A stretch of 64,000 nt of DNA from the NCBI GenBank assembly GCA_963843845.1, contig CAWJMB010000002.1:2464001-2528000 (forward strand), read 5' to 3'. This DNA comes from an uncultured Gemmatimonadaceae bacterium. GTDB taxonomy: Bacteria > Gemmatimonadota > Gemmatimonadetes > Gemmatimonadales > Gemmatimonadaceae. Under the pieces are notes generated by a model. The model was not told where the DNA came from. It was given only the letters and a program-made list of their open reading frames with translations, and did no database searches. Positions within the stretch are counted from its first letter, which is position 1. Each line of letters starts with the position of its first letter. The position numbers and the translations under genes were made by a program. This document shows positions 31,091 to 41,120 of the stretch, one piece after another.

Positions 31091-32018
31091 TCAGTGCGTG
31101 AACGCATACCGCAGCGGCACGCCGAACGGCGCGTTCGTGACGATGGTCGCGTAGCGAGCGCCGTAGCGAGCGAACAGCGCTCGCCAGTCGGCGATCGCGC
31201 GGTCGACGGTGGCGCGGTAGGCATCGCGGACCTCCGCCGTGACGGCGGGGACGGTGTCGCCCGACTCCGGGTCGACGAACACGGCCTCGCCCGGGGCGAT
31301 CGGCGAGGTCGCGCTCCGCCGGGTCGAGCAGGTGCAACACGTTGACATCGTGCCCGGCGCCGCGGAGCCCGCGCAGCGACTGCTCGACTTCGTCGGGATC
31401 GACGAGCAGGTCGGAGATGAGCACCACCATGCCGGCGCGCCGGACGAGGCGCGCGGCGCGGCCGAGCGCGTCACCGGCCTTCGACTGCGTGCCGGCGCCG
31501 GACTCGGCGAGCGACGCGAGCAGGCGGCGCCACTGGCCGTGGCGGGCGCGCGGCGGCACGACGCTCCGCACGTGCTCGTCGAAGCGGATGAGGCCGACGG
31601 CGTCGCGCTGGCGGAGGAGCAGGAGGGACAGGGCAGCGACGAGCCGCTCCGCGTAATCGAGCTTCGTGAGCGGCGCCGCGACGGTCGAAGCGGCGTCGTG
31701 CCAGCTCGCGTCGGCGGCGCTGCTCCATGCCATCGACTTGCTGACATCGAGCACGATCGTCGCGCGGAGATTCGTCTCCTCCTCGAACTGCTTCACGACC
31801 CAGCGGTCGGCGCGCGCCGCGATCCGCCAGTCGAGGTAGCGAAGGTCGTCTCCCGGCTGGTACGGGCGGTGCTCGGCGAATTCGACCGAGAAGCCGCGGC
31901 GCGGCGAGCGGTGCAGACCGGTGATGAAGCCGTCGACGACCCAGCGCGCGACGATCTCGAGGTTTCCGAGCGCGGCGAGCGCGGCAGGGTCGAGGAGGTC
32001 AGCGCGGGCGGGATTCAT
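31091..32018 (-). CDS. DUF58 domain protein (MoxR-associated; apparent +1 frameshift near 31304)
   Basis: GLHRSPRRGFSVEFAEHRPYQPGDDLRYLDW, VKQFEEETN, LDVSKSM, VVLISD. The C-terminus (PGEAVFVDPESG...AFTH*) lies in the next frame. Confidence 0.88.
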
Positions 32019-32079
32019 GGAGTGGGGAACGTAAGGCGGCGCGCTGGACAGGCGCTACGTCGCGCGCGCATCGTGCGGC

Positions 32080-32358
32080 ATGCCGACGCGAGACGACCGT
32101 CACGCCGCGACCGCCGAGCGAAACCGTCGTCAGCATCGCGACGACGTGCGCGAGCGGCGCTGGTTCACGCTGCGTGTCGTCCTGCTCTGCACCCTCTGGT
32201 TCGCGATCGGCCTCTACCTCGGCGGGTGGGCCTTCCACACCCACGACGAGGCGATGGGGCACATCTATCTGACCGCCGGGCAGCTCGTGACGTGGGTCGG
32301 GATCGTCGGCACGCTCGTGTGGGCGCGGAATCGACGCCGCGACCGGGGGTGGGACTGA
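32080..32358 (+). CDS. small two-TM hypothetical membrane protein
   Basis: Two hydrophobic segments (VVLLCTLWFAIGLYLGGWAF; LTAGQLVTWVGIVGTLVWA) with basic flanks. Confidence 0.65.
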   Translation: MPTRDDRHAATAERNRRQHRDDVRERRWFTLRVVLLCTLWFAIGLYLGGWAFHTHDEAMGHIYLTAGQLVTWVGIVGTLVWARNRRRDRGWD

Positions 32359-32398
32359 ACGGCCGGGAACGGCTATATTCCGAGGCTACAGCGACTTA

Positions 32399-32472
32399 CC
32401 GGGGATCGGAGGGCGGGGATCGGGTGCACTGACACCTGGACCCCGTCCCGATCCCCGATCCCCGATCCCCGG
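32399..32472. repeat. heptamer-built palindromic element, copy 3 (lepA leader)
   Basis: GGGGATC GGAGGGC GGGGATC GGG ... CCCGATC CCCGATC CCCGATC CCCGG. Confidence 0.75.
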
Positions 32473-32477
32473 CCGCT

Positions 32478-34276
32478 TTGCAGCTCGATCACATCCGCAA
32501 CTTCTGCATCGTCGCCCACATCGACCACGGGAAATCGACGCTCGCCGACCGCCTGATCGAGGCGACGGGGATGCTGCAGAAGCGGGAAATGAAAGCGCAG
32601 GTGCTCGACACGCTGGACCTCGAGCGCGAGCGCGGCATCACGATCAAGCTGAACGCCGTGCGCATGTCGTACACGGCGCGGAGTGGCGAGACGTACGAGC
32701 TGAACCTCATCGACACGCCCGGGCACGTCGACTTCACCTACGAAGTCTCGCGCTCGCTCGCCGCGTGCGAGGGGGCGATCCTCGTCGTCGACGCGAGCCA
32801 GGGGATTCAGGCGCAGACGCTGTCGAACCTGTTCCTCGCGATGGACGCGGGGCTCGAGATCATCCCGATCCTCAACAAGATCGACCTGCCCGGCGCCGAG
32901 CCCGAGAAACGGCGGCAGGAAGTGGTCGACCTCATCGGCTGCGATCCGGACGACGTGCTGCTCGTGTCGGCGAAGGAGGGGGTGGGGATTCCGGACCTGC
33001 TCGAGGCGGTCGTCGAGAAGGTGCCGCCGCCGCAGGGCGATCCGAGCGGGCCGCTCCGCGCGCTCATCTACGACTCGTACTACGACCGTTACCGCGGCGC
33101 GATCCCGAGCGTGCGCGTCGTCGACGGCGTGCTCAAGCCGAAGATGAAGATCACGTTCGGCGCGAACGACGCCGTGTACGAGGTCGAGGAGGTCGGCTAC
33201 AACCAGCTGCGCCAGGTGAAGGCCGAGCAGCTCGGGCCGGGCGAAGTCGGGTACGTCGTCGCGAACGTGCGCACGGTGCGCGAGACGCGCGCCGGCGACA
33301 CGGTATTCGACGCGACGCGGAAGGCGGCCGAGGCGCTCCCCGGCTATCAGGCCATCCGGTCGTTCGTGTTCGCCGGCCTCTATCCGACCGACACGACGCA
33401 GTACGAGCTGCTGCGCGACGCGCTCGAGAAGCTGCAGCTCAACGACGCGTCGCTGCAGTACGAGCCGGAGACGTCGACCGCGCTAGGCTTCGGGTTCCGG
33501 TGCGGGTTCCTCGGACTGCTGCACATGGAGATCGTGCAGGAGCGGCTCGAGCGGGAGTTCAACCTCGACCTCGTGACGACGGTGCCGAGCGTGGAGTACA
33601 AGCGTGTACAAGACGGACGGAGAGATCGTGCTGATCGAGAATCCGTCGTTGATGCCGCCGGCCGGTCGTGATCGCCAGCATCGAGGAGCCGTACGTCAGG
33701 GCGCGCATCATGGTGCCGAGCGAGTACATCGGGCCGATCATGACGTTAGGCACCGAGCGGCGCGGCGTGTACAAGAACATGAGCTACATCGACACCTCGC
33801 GCGTCGAGTTCGACTGGGAGTTTCCGCTCGGCGAGATCATCCTCGACTTCTTCGACCGCATGAAGACCGTGTCGCGCGGCTACGCGGCGCTCGACTACGA
33901 GATGCTCGGCTATCGCGAGAGCGAGCTGGTTCGGCTCGACATGCTGATCAACGGCGACCCGATCGACGCGTTCAGCGTGATCACGCACAAGGACAAGGCG
34001 TACGACTGGGGGCGGAAGATCGCCGACAAGTTGAAGGAGCTGATTCCGCGACAACTGTTCGAGGTCGCCATCCAGGCGGCGATCGGCACGAAGGTGATCG
34101 CGCGGACGACCGTGAAGCCGCTCCGGAAGGACGTGCTCGCGAAGTGCTACGGCGGCGACATCTCGCGGAAGCGCAAGCTGCTGGAGAAGCAGAAGGAAGG
34201 AAAGAAGCGCATGAAGCAGGTCGGCGCGGTGGAGATTCCGCAGGAGGCGTTTCTCGCGGTGCTGCAGGTGGAGTGA
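32478..34276 (+). CDS. lepA: elongation factor 4 (two apparent +1 frameshifts at about 33603 and 33667)
   Basis: [74 protein letters not shown]. Continuous after removing two single bases. Confidence 0.96.
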
Positions 34277-35364
34277 GCGAGCATTCGCTCGTCGTGCAGA
34301 CGGCGTTTCTCGGCGACGTGGTGCTCACGACGCCGCTCGTCGCGCTGCTGGCGACGCGCGGTCCCGTGGACGTCGTCGTGCGGCCGGACGCGGCGGCGCT
34401 GCTCGCGAACAATCCCGACGTGCGGCGCGTGTTCGTGTACGACAAGCGCGGCGAGCACGCGGGTGCGCGCGGCGTGTGGCGCGTGGCCGCGCAGCTGCGA
34501 GCGGTGGCGCGTGACGACGCACGCGGCGGGGCGGTCGGACGGCGCACGGCGTACCTCGCGCAGGGGTCGATCCGCAGCGCGATGCTCGCGTCGTTGGGCG
34601 GCTACGGCGAGCGCGTCGGGTTCGAGACCTCGCGGCAGGCGCGTCCGCTGTACACGAGGACGATCGCCTACCGACCCGAGCACCATCACGCCGAGCGGTT
34701 GCTGAGCCTCGGCCTGGACGGGCCGCTCCGGGCGACGTCCGCGGAGCTGCGCCCTCGGCTCTATCCGGGGACCGACGAGCGGGCTGCCGTCACGGCGCTG
34801 CTCGTCGGAGCCGGCGCCGCCGGCGCGCCGCTCGTCGCGCTCGCACCGGGGAGCGTGTGGGCGACGAAGCGATGGCCGTACTACGCGGAGCTGGCCGCGC
34901 AGCTGTCCGTCCAGCTCGGCGAGGCCGGGCGCATCGTCGTGACGGGCGGCGCCGGCGATTCGCCGCTCGCGTCGGCGATCGTCGCCGCGTGCGCGCCCGG
35001 GCGCGTGATCGATGCGACCGGCCGACTGTCGCTGCTCGCGTCGGCGGAGCTACTCTCGCGGTGCGCCGCGCTCGTGACGAACGACTCGGCGCCGCAGCAC
35101 CTCGCGTCGGCGATGGGGGTGCCGACGATCACGGTGTTCGGTCCCACGGTGCCGGCGTTCGGGTTCGGTCCACTCGCGCCGCGAAGTGTCACGCTCGGTC
35201 ACGCGTCGCTCGCGTGTCGCCCGTGCGACCAGCATGGGCCGCAGCGGTGTCCGCTGACGCACTGGCGATGCATGCGGGAGGTCGGTGCCGACGCGGTCGC
35301 CGAGGCCGTGCGCGCCGCGCTCAGGCTCGGTACGTTAGGCGCCGACACTTCATTCCCCACATGA
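34273..35364 (+). CDS. glycosyltransferase family 9 (LPS heptosyltransferase, WaaF-like)
   Basis: GTG 34273 overlaps the lepA stop; [46 protein letters not shown]...CM. Confidence 0.9.
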   Translation: MSEHSLVVQTAFLGDVVLTTPLVALLATRGPVDVVVRPDAAALLANNPDVRRVFVYDKRGEHAGARGVWRVAAQLRAVARDDARGGAVGRRTAYLAQGSIRSAMLASLGGYGERVGFETSRQARPLYTRTIAYRPEHHHAERLLSLGLDGPLRATSAELRPRLYPGTDERAAVTALLVGAGAAGAPLVALAPGSVWATKRWPYYAELAAQLSVQLGEAGRIVVTGGAGDSPLASAIVAACAPGRVIDATGRLSLLASAELLSRCAALVTNDSAPQHLASAMGVPTITVFGPTVPAFGFGPLAPRSVTLGHASLACRPCDQHGPQRCPLTHWRCMREVGADAVAEAVRAALRLGTLGADTSFPT

Positions 35365-36365
35365 CCGAGCCCTCTCTCTCACACCCCACACGTTACGTCG
35401 TCGGCGTCGACCTCGGCGGAACGAACATCGTCGTCGGCGTGATGCCGGTCGACGGCAGCCGCGAGATCGCGATGCGGTCGCAGCCGACGCGCGCCGACAT
35501 GGGGCCGGACGTGGTCGTCGACCGCATCTGCGAGATGGTGGAGAGCGCCATCACGATCGCGTGCGCGGAGACCGGCGCCGCGCGCGAGCAGTTCATCGGC
35601 GTCGGCATCGGCGCGCCGGGACCGCTGGATCGCGGCCGCGGCGTCGTGCTCATCGCGCCGAACCTCGGGTGGCGCGACCTGCCGCTGCGCGACCTCATCC
35701 AGCGACGCGTGGGGCTGCCGGCGACGCTCGACAACGATGCGAACTGCGCGACGTTGGGTGAGTGGTGGACGGGCGCGGCGCGTGGCGCGCGCAACGTGGT
35801 CGGCATCACGATCGGCACCGGGATCGGGGGAGGCCTCATCCTCGATGGGCGCCTGTATCACGGCTCGTCGGACATGGCCGGCGAGATCGGGCACACGACG
35901 ATCGACTCGAACGGGCGCCGCTGCAAGTGCGGCAACTACGGCTGCCTCGAGGCCTACACGTCCGGCCCCGCGATCGCCGAGCGCGCGCGCGAGGCGCTGC
36001 GCGCGCTCGAGGAGCCGTCGATGCTGCTCGACCTCGCGCAGGGGCGAGCCGATCGGATCACGGCGCAGACCGTGTACGAGGCGTCCGAGCGGGGCGACGC
36101 CGTCGCGCGCGAAGTCGTTCGCGACACGGCGCGCTTCCTGGGCGCCGGCATCGCGAACCTGCTGAACACGTTCAACCCGGACGTCGTCGTCGTCGCGGGG
36201 GGCGTGACGCAGGCGGGGGATGCGCTGTTCGAGCCGCTGAACGCGGAAGTCCGGCGCCGCGCGTTCCGCCCGGCGGTCGAGGCGTGCCGCATCGTGCCGG
36301 GGATGCTGCCGGGCACGGCGGGGGCGGTCGGCGCGGTCGCGACATTCCTGCAGCAGCAGGCGTGA
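35361..36365 (+). CDS. ROK-family sugar kinase (glucokinase-like)
   Basis: GVDLGGTN, DNDANCA, GTGIGGG, AGEIGH, CKCGNYGCLEAY. Confidence 0.92.
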   Translation: MTEPSLSHPTRYVVGVDLGGTNIVVGVMPVDGSREIAMRSQPTRADMGPDVVVDRICEMVESAITIACAETGAAREQFIGVGIGAPGPLDRGRGVVLIAPNLGWRDLPLRDLIQRRVGLPATLDNDANCATLGEWWTGAARGARNVVGITIGTGIGGGLILDGRLYHGSSDMAGEIGHTTIDSNGRRCKCGNYGCLEAYTSGPAIAERAREALRALEEPSMLLDLAQGRADRITAQTVYEASERGDAVAREVVRDTARFLGAGIANLLNTFNPDVVVVAGGVTQAGDALFEPLNAEVRRRAFRPAVEACRIVPGMLPGTAGAVGAVATFLQQQA

Positions 36366-37423
36366 TGGGAACGGCCGGGGATCCGGGGCCGGGGACGGGG
36401 GATCGGGGATCGGAGCGACTGCAGCGTCCCGATCCCCGATCCCCCGTCCCCGGCCGCAAGAAGCGCCTCGGCGTCATCGGCACCTTCGTCTGGGACGTCA
36501 TCCACGGACGCGACGTGCGGAGCGTGCCAGTCGAGGAATGGGGCGGGATCGCGTACGCGCTCGGCGCGCTCGACGCGGCGCTGAGCGACGAGTGGGAGAT
36601 CGCGCCGATTATGAAGGTCGGGTACGACCGATCGGCGCAGGCGGGGCACTTCATGGGGTCGCTGCGTCGGCTCGCGTCCGACGCGGCGCTCGTCGAGGTG
36701 CCGTACCCGAACAACCGCGTCGAGCTGTTCTACTACAGCAGCGAGCGGCGGAGCGAGATCCTGCACGGCGGGGTGCCGGGGTGGACGTGGCTCGGGCTGA
36801 AGCAACTGCTCGGCGAGCTCGACGCGATCTACGTCAACTTCATCTCGGGGTACGAGCTCGACCTCGAGACCGCGCAGCTGCTGCGGCAGCACTTCCGGGG
36901 ACCGATCTACGGCGACCTGCACTCGCTGCTCACCGTCGTGCAGCCGGGCGGGCTGATCACCGCGCAGGCGCTGCCGAACGTCGACGCGTGGTGCCGCTGC
37001 TTCGACGTCGTGCAGGTGAACGAGGAGGAGATGGCGGTGCTCGCCCCCGACCCGCTGGCGCTCGCGGCGACGGCGCTCGGGAGCGGCGTGCAGTGCCTCG
37101 TCGTGACGATGAGCAAGCGCGGCGCGGTGTTCTTCGCGCAGCCGGACTTCGAGACGCTGGGGCTGCGGCGGCGCGCCGACGCGTTGACGCCGCCGCTCGG
37201 GCCCGTTCGGACGGCGCTCGTGCCGACCGAGCCGGTGAGCGGGGACGGCGATCCGACGGGGTGCGGGGACGTATGGGGCGCGACCTGTTTCTCGCGGCTG
37301 CTCGCGGGTGCTAACTTGCCCGACGCGATGCGCGCGGCGCACGCGGCGGCCGGCCGCAACGTCGTGCACCGCGGCGCCTCGGGGCTCGCGGCGTTTCTCC
37401 GAGGCGAGATTCACACCCCGTGA
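36365..37423 (+). CDS. PfkB/ribokinase-like carbohydrate kinase
   Basis: GVIGTFVWD, WGGIAY, QVNEEE, DPTGCGDVWGA. The first ~30 aa derive from a palindromic repeat; start uncertain. Confidence 0.75.
   Translation: MGTAGDPGPGTGDRGSERLQRPDPRSPVPGRKKRLGVIGTFVWDVIHGRDVRSVPVEEWGGIAYALGALDAALSDEWEIAPIMKVGYDRSAQAGHFMGSLRRLASDAALVEVPYPNNRVELFYYSSERRSEILHGGVPGWTWLGLKQLLGELDAIYVNFISGYELDLETAQLLRQHFRGPIYGDLHSLLTVVQPGGLITAQALPNVDAWCRCFDVVQVNEEEMAVLAPDPLALAATALGSGVQCLVVTMSKRGAVFFAQPDFETLGLRRRADALTPPLGPVRTALVPTEPVSGDGDPTGCGDVWGATCFSRLLAGANLPDAMRAAHAAAGRNVVHRGASGLAAFLRGEIHTP
36373..36456. repeat. heptamer-built palindromic element, copy 4 (start of the PfkB-like gene)
   Basis: Perfect 27-bp inverted repeat, 36387-36413 and 36429-36455. 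Confidence 0.8.
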
Positions 37424-37460
37424 TGCTACCGCTGCGCCCCCTCCCTTCCCGCCTCGCGTC

Positions 37461-38345
37461 GTGACGCACGTCATCACGGTGCCGCCGTCGCTCGACGACG
37501 TGACCTTCGAGGACGTCGTCGCGCAGCTCGCGCCGCTCGCGCCCGACGAGCGCGTGCTCGTCGACGCGCGCCGCACGCGCTGGGCGTCTCCGTACGGCCT
37601 CACGGCGCTGCTCGCGCTCGCGCAGTCACGGGCGGTCCGGCCGTCGTTCGCGGCGCCGGACGACGAGACCACGCTGTCGTACTGGGCGCGCACCGCGTTC
37701 TTCCGTCACGCCGAGTCGCTGTACGAGTTCGGCAGGCCGGTCCCGCGGGCGCGCGGCGGCGACTCGACCGTGTTGCTCGAGATCACCGAAGTGAGTCAGT
37801 CGGGGCACGTGCACGACGTCGTCGACCGGATTCAGGAGCGATCGAAGGCGATTCTGAGCGAAGGGCTCGGCCTCGACCCGCGCGCGACGATCGGCTTCTC
37901 GATGACGCTCTCCGAGGCGTGTCAGAACATCGTCGAGCACGCCGGGCGCGGGGGATTCGTCGCGGTGCAGACGTACACGTACCGCAAGCGGTTGGGCAAG
38001 CGGGTCGTCGTCATCGGCGTGTGCGACGCCGGCATCGGGTTTCGCCGCTCGCTCGAACTGAACTCGACGCGCCCGCGCAGCGACCGGTGGGACGACGGAC
38101 AGGCGCTCGAGCAGGGCGTGCTGCGTAACGTCAGCCGCTTCAACGACAGCGGTCGCGGGCAGGGGCTCGCCGGGATTCGTCGCTACGTCGGCAAGTGGTC
38201 GGGGAAGCTGAGCGTGCGCAGCGGCACCGCGCGCATCGCGATCAAGCCCGACTGGGACGACGACGAGCCGATGCACGAGCACCTGCCGTTCTTTCCCGGC
38301 GCTCAGGTCCAGATCACCATTCCCGGCAACGTCGTCGCGTCGTGA
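37461..38345 (+). CDS. STAS-like domain + GHKL/HATPase (anti-sigma-kinase-like) protein
   Basis: N box LSEACQNIVEHA, G1 VCDAGIGF, G2 GRGQGL; no HisKA His-donor helix. GTG start 37461. Confidence 0.75.
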   Translation: MTHVITVPPSLDDVTFEDVVAQLAPLAPDERVLVDARRTRWASPYGLTALLALAQSRAVRPSFAAPDDETTLSYWARTAFFRHAESLYEFGRPVPRARGGDSTVLLEITEVSQSGHVHDVVDRIQERSKAILSEGLGLDPRATIGFSMTLSEACQNIVEHAGRGGFVAVQTYTYRKRLGKRVVVIGVCDAGIGFRRSLELNSTRPRSDRWDDGQALEQGVLRNVSRFNDSGRGQGLAGIRRYVGKWSGKLSVRSGTARIAIKPDWDDDEPMHEHLPFFPGAQVQITIPGNVVAS

Positions 38346-38932
38346 TTCACCATCACATCGACCTCGGCTCCGTGCTGCGCGGCACCGTGTGCGAGCTCTA
38401 CTCGAACCTCGTCACGCGCCCGACCGGCGCCGCCGTCCGCACCGAGATCGAGCGGTCGATCGCCGAGATCGGCGGCCGCAACGTGACGGTGATCGACTTC
38501 TCGCAGGTCATGTTGCTCGACTTCTCGTGCGCCGACGAGATCGTGGCGAAGCTCATGCTGCGCTACTGCGTTCCGCCGGACGCCGACCGCGCGGGCGACA
38601 GCTACTTTCTCTTCCTCGGGCTCGGCGACCACCACCTCGACGCGGTCGAGGCGGTGCTCGAGCGCCACCGGATCGCGATCGTCGCCATGCACGACGAGAC
38701 GCCGGTGCTGGTCGGCGACGTGGACGCGCTGGCGCGGGCGACGTGGGAGGGGCTGCGCGCGCTCGGGCCGTGCGACGCGTCGCACGTCGCCGCGGCGTTG
38801 GGCCGACCGCCGGAGATCGTGGCGGACGAGTTGGACCGGCTCGCCGCGCGGCGCCTCGTCGTGCGCCTGGGGCCGGTGTACACCGTGTTAGGCATCTTCC
38901 CGACGACGGCGCCGGAGGAGGCAGCCGCATGA
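38342..38932 (+). CDS. STAS-like domain + C-terminal winged-helix protein
   Basis: VTVIDFSQVMLLDFSCADEIV (STAS-like); C-terminal ASHVAAALGRPPEIVADELDRLAARRLV (wHTH-like). Translationally coupled through GTGA. Confidence 0.65.
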   Translation: MIHHHIDLGSVLRGTVCELYSNLVTRPTGAAVRTEIERSIAEIGGRNVTVIDFSQVMLLDFSCADEIVAKLMLRYCVPPDADRAGDSYFLFLGLGDHHLDAVEAVLERHRIAIVAMHDETPVLVGDVDALARATWEGLRALGPCDASHVAAALGRPPEIVADELDRLAARRLVVRLGPVYTVLGIFPTTAPEEAAA

Positions 38933-39252
38933 ATCCGCTGTTCAAGCGACCGCAGAGCTCGCGCCCGCTGCGGGTCGAGAATTTCATCGCGACGCGGGTC
39001 AGCGACCCCGAGCGCGGCCCGCAGGTGCGCCTGCAGAGCACGGCGGCGAAGGAGCGCATGCTCGTCGACGGCGAGCTCGCGATCGTCGACACGCCGCGCG
39101 GCCAGCAGCTCGCGACCGTCGTGGTCGACGACGCGGTGCCGCGCGGCGGCGTGATCGTGCGCGACCTGGGCGGCGTCGCGCCGTCGGAGATCGTGTACGT
39201 GACGAAGCCCGACCTCGACGCGCCGCCGACGCCGGCGCGCACGTACGCCTGA
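38929..39252 (+). CDS. stand-alone molybdopterin-dinucleotide-binding-like (double-psi beta-barrel) protein
   Basis: GPQVRLQSTAAKERMLVDGELAIVDTPRGQQLATVVVDDAVPRGGVIV; GGAGGAGG SD and ATGA overlap. Confidence 0.6.
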   Translation: MNPLFKRPQSSRPLRVENFIATRVSDPERGPQVRLQSTAAKERMLVDGELAIVDTPRGQQLATVVVDDAVPRGGVIVRDLGGVAPSEIVYVTKPDLDAPPTPARTYA

Positions 39253-39272
39253 CGCGTCGCCGGGTCACTCGC

Positions 39273-40424
39273 ATGCCTCACCCGTCGCCAGGGCTGTCGA
39301 CGATCGCCGTCCACGGAACGCACGCCGCGTCGACGGCCGCCCCGGTCGTCGTGCCGCTCGTCCAGTCGGTGAACTTCGGGCAGCCGATCGCGACCGGCGA
39401 CGGCATGCGCTACACGCGCTACGGCAACACGCCGAACGCCGAGTCGGTGCAGACGCGGCTGGCGCTGCTCGAAGGGGCCGAAGCGGCGCTCGTCTGCGCG
39501 AGCGGGATGGGCGCCACCGCGTGCACGATGCTCGCCCTGCTCCGCCCGGGCGACCACCTGCTCGCGAGCCAGTGGATCTACGGCGGCACGCGCGACCTGT
39601 TCGCGAAGGAGCTGACGTCGTTAGGCATCGACGTGACCTTCGTCGACCCGTCGTACGCGCGGAATTGGCGGCGCGGCCTACGCAAGTCGACGCGCGCCAT
39701 GTTCCTCGAGACGCCCGTCAATCCGACGACGCGCGTGCTCGACCTGCGCCCGCTCGCCCGGCTGGCCCGCGATGCCGGCGTCGCGCTCGTCGTCGACGCG
39801 ACGCTCGCCTCGCCGGTCAACTTCCGCGCGTTGCACCACGGCGCCGACGTCGTCATCCACTCCGCCACGAAGTACCTGAACGGGCACCATGACGTGTTGG
39901 GCGGGGCGGTCGTCGGCTCGTCGGCCGTCGTCGAGGAGGCGCGCCAGAAGATGATCGTGTGGGGCCAGGCGCCGGATCCGTTCGCCTGCTGGCTGCTCGA
40001 GCGCGGGCTCAAGACGCTCGACGTCCGCGTACGGCGGCAGAACGAGAACGCGATGCGCCTCGCGGAGTGGTGCGAGGGTCGGGCCGGGATCGCGCGGGTG
40101 CACTATCCCGGACTCGCGTCGCACCCCGACCACGCGCTCGCGACCGAAGTCCTCGACGGCTTCGGCGGCATGCTCGCGATCGAGCTGGCCGGCGGCGGCG
40201 AGCGCACGGACGCGTTCCTCGGCGCCCTCCGCGTCATCACGCACGCGGCGAGCCTCGGCGGCGTCGACTCGCTCGTCAGCGAACCGCGCTACACGTCGCA
40301 CGCCCATCTCGATTCCGCGGCGCGCGCGGCGGTCGGCATTCCGGACGGCTTTCTCCGCATCAGCGTCGGCATCGAGAACATCGACGACCTCATCGCCGAC
40401 GTGGAGCAGGCCCTCGGGACGTAG
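39273..40424 (+). CDS. Cys/Met metabolism PLP-dependent enzyme (cystathionine gamma-synthase/lyase family)
   Basis: YTRYGNTP, ASGMGA, LETPVNP, HSATKYLNGHHD (PLP Lys), ASLGGVDSL, LRISVGIE. Confidence 0.92.
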   Translation: MPHPSPGLSTIAVHGTHAASTAAPVVVPLVQSVNFGQPIATGDGMRYTRYGNTPNAESVQTRLALLEGAEAALVCASGMGATACTMLALLRPGDHLLASQWIYGGTRDLFAKELTSLGIDVTFVDPSYARNWRRGLRKSTRAMFLETPVNPTTRVLDLRPLARLARDAGVALVVDATLASPVNFRALHHGADVVIHSATKYLNGHHDVLGGAVVGSSAVVEEARQKMIVWGQAPDPFACWLLERGLKTLDVRVRRQNENAMRLAEWCEGRAGIARVHYPGLASHPDHALATEVLDGFGGMLAIELAGGGERTDAFLGALRVITHAASLGGVDSLVSEPRYTSHAHLDSAARAAVGIPDGFLRISVGIENIDDLIADVEQALGT

Positions 40425-40430
40425 CCCGTC

Positions 40431-41120
40431 GTGATTCGCTTCACCGACGTCACGAAGACGTACGCCAAAGGCGGGACCGCACTCGATCGCGTGTCGTTCC
40501 GCCTCGCCAAGGGCGAGTTCGCGTTCCTCACGGGCCCGAGCGGCTCGGGCAAGAGCACGCTCCTCAAGCTCGCTCAGTTCGACGAGTGGCCCACGCGCGG
40601 CGAGGTCGAGGTGAGCGGCGTGCGCTCGCGGACGGCGACCGCGCGCGACGTGCCGTCGCTGCGGCGAAAGCTCGGGATCGTCTTCCAGGATTTTCGTCTG
40701 CTCGCCGATCGCAGCGTCGAGCAGAACGTCGCGTTCGCGCTCGAAGTCACCGGCGCCCCGTTCGACACGATCCGCGACCGGGCGGCACGCGCGCTCGCGC
40801 AGGTCGGTCTCTCGGCGAAGGGGCCGGCGATGCCGCACGAACTGTCGGGCGGCGAGCGGCAGCGGGTGTCGATCGCGCGAGCGATCGTCAACCGCCCGCT
40901 CGTTCTGCTCGCCGACGAGCCGACGGGAAACCTCGACGACCGCGCCGCGCGTGGCGTGCTGCAGTTGCTGCAGGAGATCAACGCGGCCGGCACCGCCGTG
41001 CTCATGGCGACGCACAACCTCGACCTCGTGCGTCGGGCCGACGCGCGCGTGATCGAGCTCAGTCGCGGCGCCGTGGTGTTCGACTCCGCCGAGGGCCCGC
41101 GACCCGAGGCGAGCGCATGA
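40431..41120 (+). CDS. ftsE: cell division ATP-binding protein FtsE
   Basis: [44 protein letters not shown]; precedes ftsX. Confidence 0.93.
   Translation: MIRFTDVTKTYAKGGTALDRVSFRLAKGEFAFLTGPSGSGKSTLLKLAQFDEWPTRGEVEVSGVRSRTATARDVPSLRRKLGIVFQDFRLLADRSVEQNVAFALEVTGAPFDTIRDRAARALAQVGLSAKGPAMPHELSGGERQRVSIARAIVNRPLVLLADEPTGNLDDRAARGVLQLLQEINAAGTAVLMATHNLDLVRRADARVIELSRGAVVFDSAEGPRPEASA

Noticed and set aside
30516..32018. Apparent DUF58-BatA fusion ORF (500 aa)
   Set aside because: It is produced by the frameshift at ~31304 reading through the intergenic repeat. Each gene has its own stop or start once the frame is corrected.
33595..33670. Programmed frameshifting or pseudogenisation of lepA (also pckA)
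   Set aside because: There is no slippery sequence or stimulatory structure. The same +1 pattern affects six unrelated genes in one segment, so sequencing error is more parsimonious.
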